Assembly (NCBI GenBank): GCA_002269645.1
Contig: NIVC01004868.1
Span: forward strand, 1 to 32,822
DNA from: Macrostomum lignano
Taxonomy: Eukaryota
DNA length: 32,822 nucleotides
Direction of reading: 5' to 3'
The notes beneath the pieces were generated by a model. That model had not been told where the DNA came from and ran no database searches. It worked only from the letters and a program-made list of their open reading frames with translations. The position numbers were made by a program, and so were the translations under genes. Every line of letters begins with the position of its first letter. The first letter of the stretch is position 1. This document shows, in pieces, positions 22,785 through 32,822 of the stretch.

Positions 22785-23296
22785 CAAGTTATTCTAGTAT
22801 CTGTAGTTACTAGGAGTTGTTTGCAATGACTCTTTTAGCGATTCTTGTCACGGTAACTTTTTCAACGGGAAGACAATGTGCTCGACCAAGCGCATGCAAC
22901 AATGTTTTCCTAATAATAGAAATGAATTCACATCTAGACAGTTGAATACAAAACATGAGGCTATGGATTGGTGCGCGAGAGAAGTGACATTGTTGACAGA
23001 CGAGAACAGCTAGTAAACAAGTAATAATTGCATTCAATAATTGTTTTCAATTAATTAGTTAAACAAACAATAAATCAGTCAATTCAGATCAACTAGTACA
23101 TTAAATAAAACACTTAAAAATAATAACACAATTTCAAATTTCGCTACTAGCTGGGGAATTAGTCAAAAAAAGTTTTGCTTTCGGTGGTACAAAATAGACA
23201 GAAATTAAGATAAGAACAGACAAGTCAGGCTGTGATGATACCGTGCCGGTTCCGCTATATTTGCACAGTAATGTGTCGTTATCCGGCTCGTGCAGC

Positions 23297-27170
<3,874 letters not shown>

Positions 27171-28011
27171 CTGGGCTTGTGGGGGGGGGGGAGTCTCTTG
27201 GAGTTGGGCACTGGCTCTGTCTGCCTCAGATTGCTTCCGTTTAGCTTAGCCTGCGTCAGTTGCTAGGCATGCAGAGCTGCAGCAATTGGTACAAATGAAA
27301 GCTAATCATATTTTTGCTATGACACATCAACCTGTATTTTTGGCACCCTGAGTACAAACCATTTTTCAAAGCTGGGATATTATTTCAATCAATTTCATTT
27401 CATTTCAATTAGGATTCATGGAAATTCAAGTCTTTTATTGGGTCAAAAATATGCTATTGATAAAAACTAGACTATTATATATTGTCATGATGAACAATAG
27501 CACTTTTAAGACAACAAAAAGTATCAATCCAACTAAAAATAGATACTTTTGTAATTTTACTCATATGTTGAATATTTGTATTTTTAAATGTTAATAACAT
27601 AACCAACATTGATACTCTAAATAATACAATAAAATAATAGTTCATATACAATATAATCATGGATTAAATATTTACAATAGAATGAATAATAATAAATGGA
27701 AGTAAAAACCAGCTACAAGCAGAATAAAACTTATTAGTATAATTGAGGCAGGCTTCTTTTCTTTAATAAGATTACAAAGACAAAGCCAACAAAAAAACAT
27801 TTCCTTTTTTGAGTATTTGTGGATACCAATGGCAAATAAAACAAGAACTTTATTTGTACCATGTTTCTCTGAACATAGAGCATTGTCAGGTAGAATAAAA
27901 TATTTGTGAGACTAACAAGGTAAGAGAGATGCAATATATATATTATCAATTAGAGCATAGTGTACCAAAAAGCTAGAATTATACAATAGTAAAATTGCAC
28001 AGTTGATAGAA

Positions 28012-28430
28012 CTAAAAAATTCTAAGGTGCACACTGCTGCCTCTCCCTGCTAATTGAGCATTAAGAGAGGGTTTGCAATCTTTAATGTGCAATGCTTCCA
28101 ATACAGAAAGTTTACTATAGTGCTCAATGCAATTGATAACACTTTAAAATTGTGAGCAAGGTTCACATTAACATACTGGTTGCATATGAGTAGATGGTCT
28201 TGAATTGTGCTGGCCTTGGTACAGTGTTCCATTATCTAGTAAACAAGTGTTGTTCTGTCTTACCAATGTAAGGACAGCTTTGCATAAAGCTTTCTATACT
28301 TTGGTGCTACCAGCATTAAATTTCAAAAGAAATTAATTGAGATTTGTTGCAAGCATTTTGACTTCAATATCAGTTGTGTTTTTGGCACTTATAAGCTATG
28401 ATCCTAGTATTCTCTAGACTAAAAGAGAAA
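28012..28430 (-). mobile_element. Degraded Penelope-like retroelement relic (GIY-YIG endonuclease C-terminus) with an inverted upstream segment
   Basis: Minus strand with two frameshifts: YIGKTEQHLFTR/MEHCTKASTIQDHLLIC...FKVLS/SKLSVLEALHIKDCKPSLNAQ...LRIF*. Plus strand 28284-28430: IKL/LYFGATSIKFQKKLIEICCKHFDFNISCVFGTYKL*, resembling the RT-to-GIY-YIG linker of PLEs (motif recall, not searched). Confidence 0.7.
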
Positions 28431-29407
28431 TCCTTAATAAAAACAAATATAAAGAATGGAATCAATGATAAATACAACTTATTAGTAATTTTGTATTTTA
28501 AAAAGATAGGAAAAGAGCCTTATAGACTCAATATAGGGCAAATATGTTATAAAGTAGACTTATAACTTAAGTAGACTTAGGGCCTAGTAATATAGACTTA
28601 ACTCAATTATTTAGGTATACTACCAAAACAATACAAGTAGTTAACAATATTTGCACCTATAACTATTATATTAGTTGGACAACCTGCTCAAATAAAATGA
28701 GTTGTTCACTAGTTTTTATTAGTCAACAATTGTTTATAACTTAAACTAGTTAAACAGTATAAATTCTTAATTTGAACTCTATATTTTTTAGATATGAATA
28801 AAAAATATTGAATTCTAGTATATTTTATATAAAAAATAAAAATCAATAAAACACTTTTAATTCTTTAAACAAAAGTTCAAAATATAGGGTGAAAATTAAT
28901 ATTAAGGCCTATAATTTTCAAATTTAATTATTAGCTAGGCTGACAATTTTAATCTTTAATAATTTATAATTAGAACTTTTATATCATAATTATAAAACAT
29001 TCTTTAAGCCAAAAAATGCTAGAATTTTTTGCCTTTTTCACTTAGAATTTTGGCATAAACTTTCAACTTGGTATATAGAACTTTTGGCATAAGTTTAGTA
29101 TATAGGACATTTATTGGTATACAAAAATAGCCATTTGGTATAGATAGGCCCTTAATCAATATATTAAATAGTATAGCTTGATTTTGAATATGGAAAACTC
29201 ATAAAATAGATAAAAACAAGTGAACAACTTTATTAATGAAATAAAAGTAAGACAGTGTAAAGAAACAAGTTTTTAACTATAAAAAACCTTTGCTTTATTA
29301 TAAAAACATTATAAAATAAGAGATATGAAAACACTATAAAAGGCTAACAAGTAAATAAGATAACTTGATCACTAAATTGCTATTATATCAGAGGACAAAA
29401 AACAAAT

Positions 29408-29502
29408 CCAGAAATTCATTCTAGACAAATCTAGAAACAAATCTAGTAATCTGTAATCTAGTAAATCTAGTAATCTGAAACAAATCTAGAAATTCAATCT
29501 AG
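29408..29502. repeat. Short aatctag(t)a tandem repeat
   Basis: Repeated aaatctag/aatctag units. Confidence 0.7.
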
Positions 29503-29922
29503 AGCCTGTAATTTTTAATCAGCCAGAAAAAGTATCAAATTTAAAGTATAAAACTAATGTATGAATATGAACTACAACTATAGTCTATAAGTTATAACTT
29601 AATTAGTATATGATGATTACATTACAACTACTGAACTGTGTTGGTTTATCAACTGACAAAAACAAGAACAAATGGGAATACTCTATTGAATTTGGTAATT
29701 CGGTTAAAGATAACCTCTTAGTAGAACACAAACAAACAGGTCGCATAATAATTGGCAAAAATTATTGTGACGAGGAAGTTAAATTTTCGTACTTTACTAA
29801 ATAAATATTTTTGTGCTAAAATTTGGATAATCAGAAATGTTTTTTTGACCTATTATGCTACCTAAATATTGTTTTCGTGTGAATATATTGTGACGGTAAA
29901 AAAGACTTTCGTTTTTCTCGTT

Positions 29923-29936
29923 GTCACCAAGGCAAC
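29923..29936 (+). promoter_or_regulatory. RFX X-box (GTCACC-AA-GGCAAC) upstream of the ciliary gene CCDC113
   Basis: Exact fit to GTNRCC(N0-3)RGYAAC, 119 bp upstream of ATG 30055. Confidence 0.7.
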
Positions 29937-30054
29937 TTATTTTAAGATGTGTAAAATCGAGAAATATCGAACATTATTACCAAAGGCAAGGCCTGCAAAT
30001 CTATAGATGTGAGAAACATTCTGATTTTCACAAATTCTTTTTCGAAATTTATTA

Positions 30055-32081
30055 ATGGCAGACTCCGAGTCAACTAGCGAGTTCGAGAGCGAGACTGTGG
30101 ACGATCCTATCCAGAATTTAAGTAACGAAAAGCTGTATGAGCTTCTGCAAAATATTCTGTAAGTACATGTACGTCTTACATGTACATGAATTGTTTTCTT
30201 ATATTCTTTTGATTGAAAAGTTATGTTTTATTATATTTTTTCAATTTAAATATCTAGCTGTATTGTAAAATTGTTTCGGGTCATGTTCATAAATATAAGC
30301 TTGTCAATATCATTTATACTAGAAACAGAATGATCGTCAATTTGTCAAAACCATGAAAGCAAATATTTTTTTAATAATTCAAACGTGCTCAGCACAGAGA
30401 ACGAGAAGCTTACGATGGAGAACGAGATGTTTGAGAAATTTCTTCGACGAGTGGAGCCGAACGCGCTTGGCGGAGGTGCAGGCTTGCTCGGATCCTCCAC
30501 GGCGTCTCAGGCCTCGCAGCAGGAGGCGGCGCCAACCCGCGGCGTGCGCAAACGCAGCCGAAGCAAGGGCTCCGCCTCGGAGCGGACTCTGCGACTGACC
30601 GCTGAGCAGAAATGCGACATTGCGCAGCGCGAGATTGAGGAACTCCGAGAGGAGCTCAAGCGAATGGAAGGCGATTGCGAGAAGGTGAGCCATAGTGTAG
30701 CAAATTTGTTGTATCTTTACTTGTAAGATACGTACTAGCTTATCTGCTAGATGCATAGTCTATAGTTTATATAGTACGTAACTGCCAGATACAGTTAATA
30801 CCGGTTTATCCACTAAGCTGGGTTGTTTGGTGTATATTGATGTCAACGGCATCTGATCGACAATTGGTTTTGGCAACCTGACTAGGGACCAAAGGGCCAA
30901 AACGTCATTAAAGATTTTTAGTCGGATACTCAGTTGCCGTGTCTAATACGCTCGTACTATAGATTAATTTCAAATACTCCTTTTGTTTTCAGTATTATAG
31001 ATCACGCTGACATTGTGATAGTCATAATAGTGACTTTGTGTATTTGAGTTTAGTTTTGTAACTCGTTTCGCTTGATCGATTAGTCCATACGTTCATTTCA
31101 TACGTTCACTCGGTATATTTGAAGTATACTGCAGTACAAGCAGTCATTCCGTCTTGCCCACAACGCAGATCATCGACAAGAAGTTGGCCATGATCGAGGA
31201 GACGCAGGTGCGGGCTATCGAGATTAAAAAGTTCGAGCACGAATTCCATCGCGACGTCATCGTTGGCGGAGTCAGCAAGCGAACTGGCAAGGTTGAATGC
31301 GAGAAATTCGAGCGCCATCATCGCGACCTGATCGGCAAGCGGCACGCGCTGATCAACAAGCTGGTGCTGAAGAACCAGGCCTTGAAGGTGTCCCTGAGGA
31401 AACTCAAATCACAACTCCGCCAGAAAGAGGAAATGGGCGACGTCCTGTCCAAGGTGGACTTCGATCAGCTGAAGATCGAGAACTCACAGTACATGGACAA
31501 AATAGACGAGAAGAATCAAGAGCTGCTCAAACTGAAGCTCATGGCTGGTCGTACGCTTCAAGTGCTGAATCAGCACAAGAAGAAGCTGGCCTTTCTTAAC
31601 AAAGAACTGGACCGCATCAAAGCGGACATTCAGCAGCGCAACGACCTGCTTAGAAGGGTGGACGCTGAGGCGACCATCGCCGAGGAGGTGAGAAGCAGTT
31701 GGAAATGGCGCGCTTTCACCAAAACTAGCTTTGGCAGACTGGTAGCTTAACCTCTGGATCTGGGAGGGTTAGCGGCAAAGTCTGAGGAGTTGAGGATCTA
31801 AGAGAGTGGAAACACCGCATCCCAGTCTAGGCGTAAGCAAACCAAAAAATACTGAAAACCCACAGGAGCGACTCAAAGCCGAGGTGATCAACAGACGACT
31901 CCGCGAGCAGCTCTCGGACTACAAGGTGCCGGAGGTGCTGGAATACGTCAACTGCATGGCCGATCTGTACGAGCTGCAGAAGAAGGAGCGCATCTGGGAC
32001 CGGAAAGTAGACATCGCCAAGATGGCTGTGGACAGGCACCAGCGAATCTGGAAGCAGATCGCCAAGGACAGTCAGAAGTAG
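30055..32081 (+). CDS. CCDC113: Coiled-coil domain-containing protein 113 / CFAP263; exons 30055-30158, 30393-30684, 31169-31687, 31866-32081 (376 aa)
   Basis: ENEMFEKF, LTAEQKCDIAQRE, LKNQALKV, QLRQKEEMGDVLSKVDFDQLKIENSQY, NQELLKLKLMAGRTLQVLN, KVPEVLEYV, IWDRKVDIA match the family. Splice sites gtaagt/ctcag, gtgagc/cgcag, gtgaga/cacag are phase-consistent; total 1131 nt. Confidence 0.92.
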
Positions 32082-32419
32082 TAGTCTGAACTGATGAAGA
32101 CAAAGCTTCAGGACAAGACGCGAAGCCTAAAATTACCAAAACTATTGTCCTATAATCATGCAGATTTTAGCTCGTAAACTAAGACTTATGCACAAATGGT
32201 ATGCCACTGTTTTTAGTTACGTGTAGAGAATACTCTATTATGTAAACTACCAAACAGAAATTGCACAGCCTTTTAAAATATTTACAACTAAATCATTGCT
32301 TTCGTCTTCCTTGTATTCATTATTAATAGATCAAACTCAGGGACTTGAAAGTGTACAAGTTTACAAGTAACATTTATAACTGTTTACAGCATAGCTCGTA
32401 TTAGCTAACAACCGACACC

Positions 32420-32747
32420 ACTTCCGCAAACGTCACAAATTCCGCAACCGTCGCAACTTCCACAACCTGAACAACTTTGCAACAGTCACAACTTTTGCAA
32501 CAGTCACAACTTCCACAACAGTCACAACTTCCGCAACCGTCACAACTTTTGCAACAGTCACAACTTTTGCAACAGTCACAACTTCCACAACAGTCACAAC
32601 TTCCGCAACTGTCACAACTTCCGCACTGTCACAACTTTTGCAACAGTCACAACTTCGCAACAGTCACAACTTCCGCAACCGTCACAACTTTTGCAACAGT
32701 CACAACTTCCGCAACAGTCACAACTTCCGCAACAGTCACAACTTCCG
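32420..32747. repeat. 18-bp minisatellite (caacttccgcaacagtca)n, ~18 copies
   Basis: Unit read directly. Confidence 0.95.
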
Positions 32748-32822
32748 ACACCTCAGCTCCACTACAATGAAATCTTGGAACCAACAGAAAATTCGAAATA
32801 AACAGCTGAAATGAAACAAAAA

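Larger units (their letters stand above)
27256..29700. other. AT-rich block with no CpG dinucleotide
   Basis: Manual scan found no cg between the CpG at 27254-27255 and the CpG at 29701-29702. Confidence 0.85.

Noticed and set aside
32091-32130. Hammerhead ribozyme core (ctgatga)
   Set aside because: No stem II followed by GAAA and no closing helices; it lies in the CCDC113 3' UTR.
32433-32770. Mucin-like / Q-rich ORFs at the right end
   Set aside because: Translations of the 18-bp array.

Overview
Eukaryotic (animal) genomic DNA, not prokaryotic: it has GT-AG introns, minisatellite-stuffed introns and intergenic regions, and GC-rich exons. The style resembles flatworm assemblies such as Macrostomum, but that is inference only. 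Three genes are well supported. (1) A 3-exon minus-strand ZNFX1-like gene (11845-19382, ~1,947 aa after repairing one 1-nt deletion). It encodes an N-terminal helical region, a UPF1-type SF1 helicase and an NFX1-type Cys/His zinc-finger array, then ends in TWO tandem PARP-like ADP-ribosyltransferase domains (first H-Y-E, second H-Y-M) where human ZNFX1 has its ubiquitin-ligase region. This is the main candidate for an undescribed system. (2) Casein kinase II alpha (minus strand, 23297-27170, ~348 aa; one G missing in the DWG motif). (3) CCDC113/CFAP263 (plus strand, 30055-32081, 376 aa) with an RFX X-box 119 bp upstream. The first ~10.5 kb is mostly tandem arrays, but the unique islands between them hold a chain of frame-symmetric phase-1 micro-exon candidates, possibly a hidden gene. 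Also found: foldback/MITE-like elements, a degraded Penelope-like GIY-YIG relic with an internal inversion, and a 2.4-kb block with no CpG. All calls come from manual reading and motif recall; no database searches were run.
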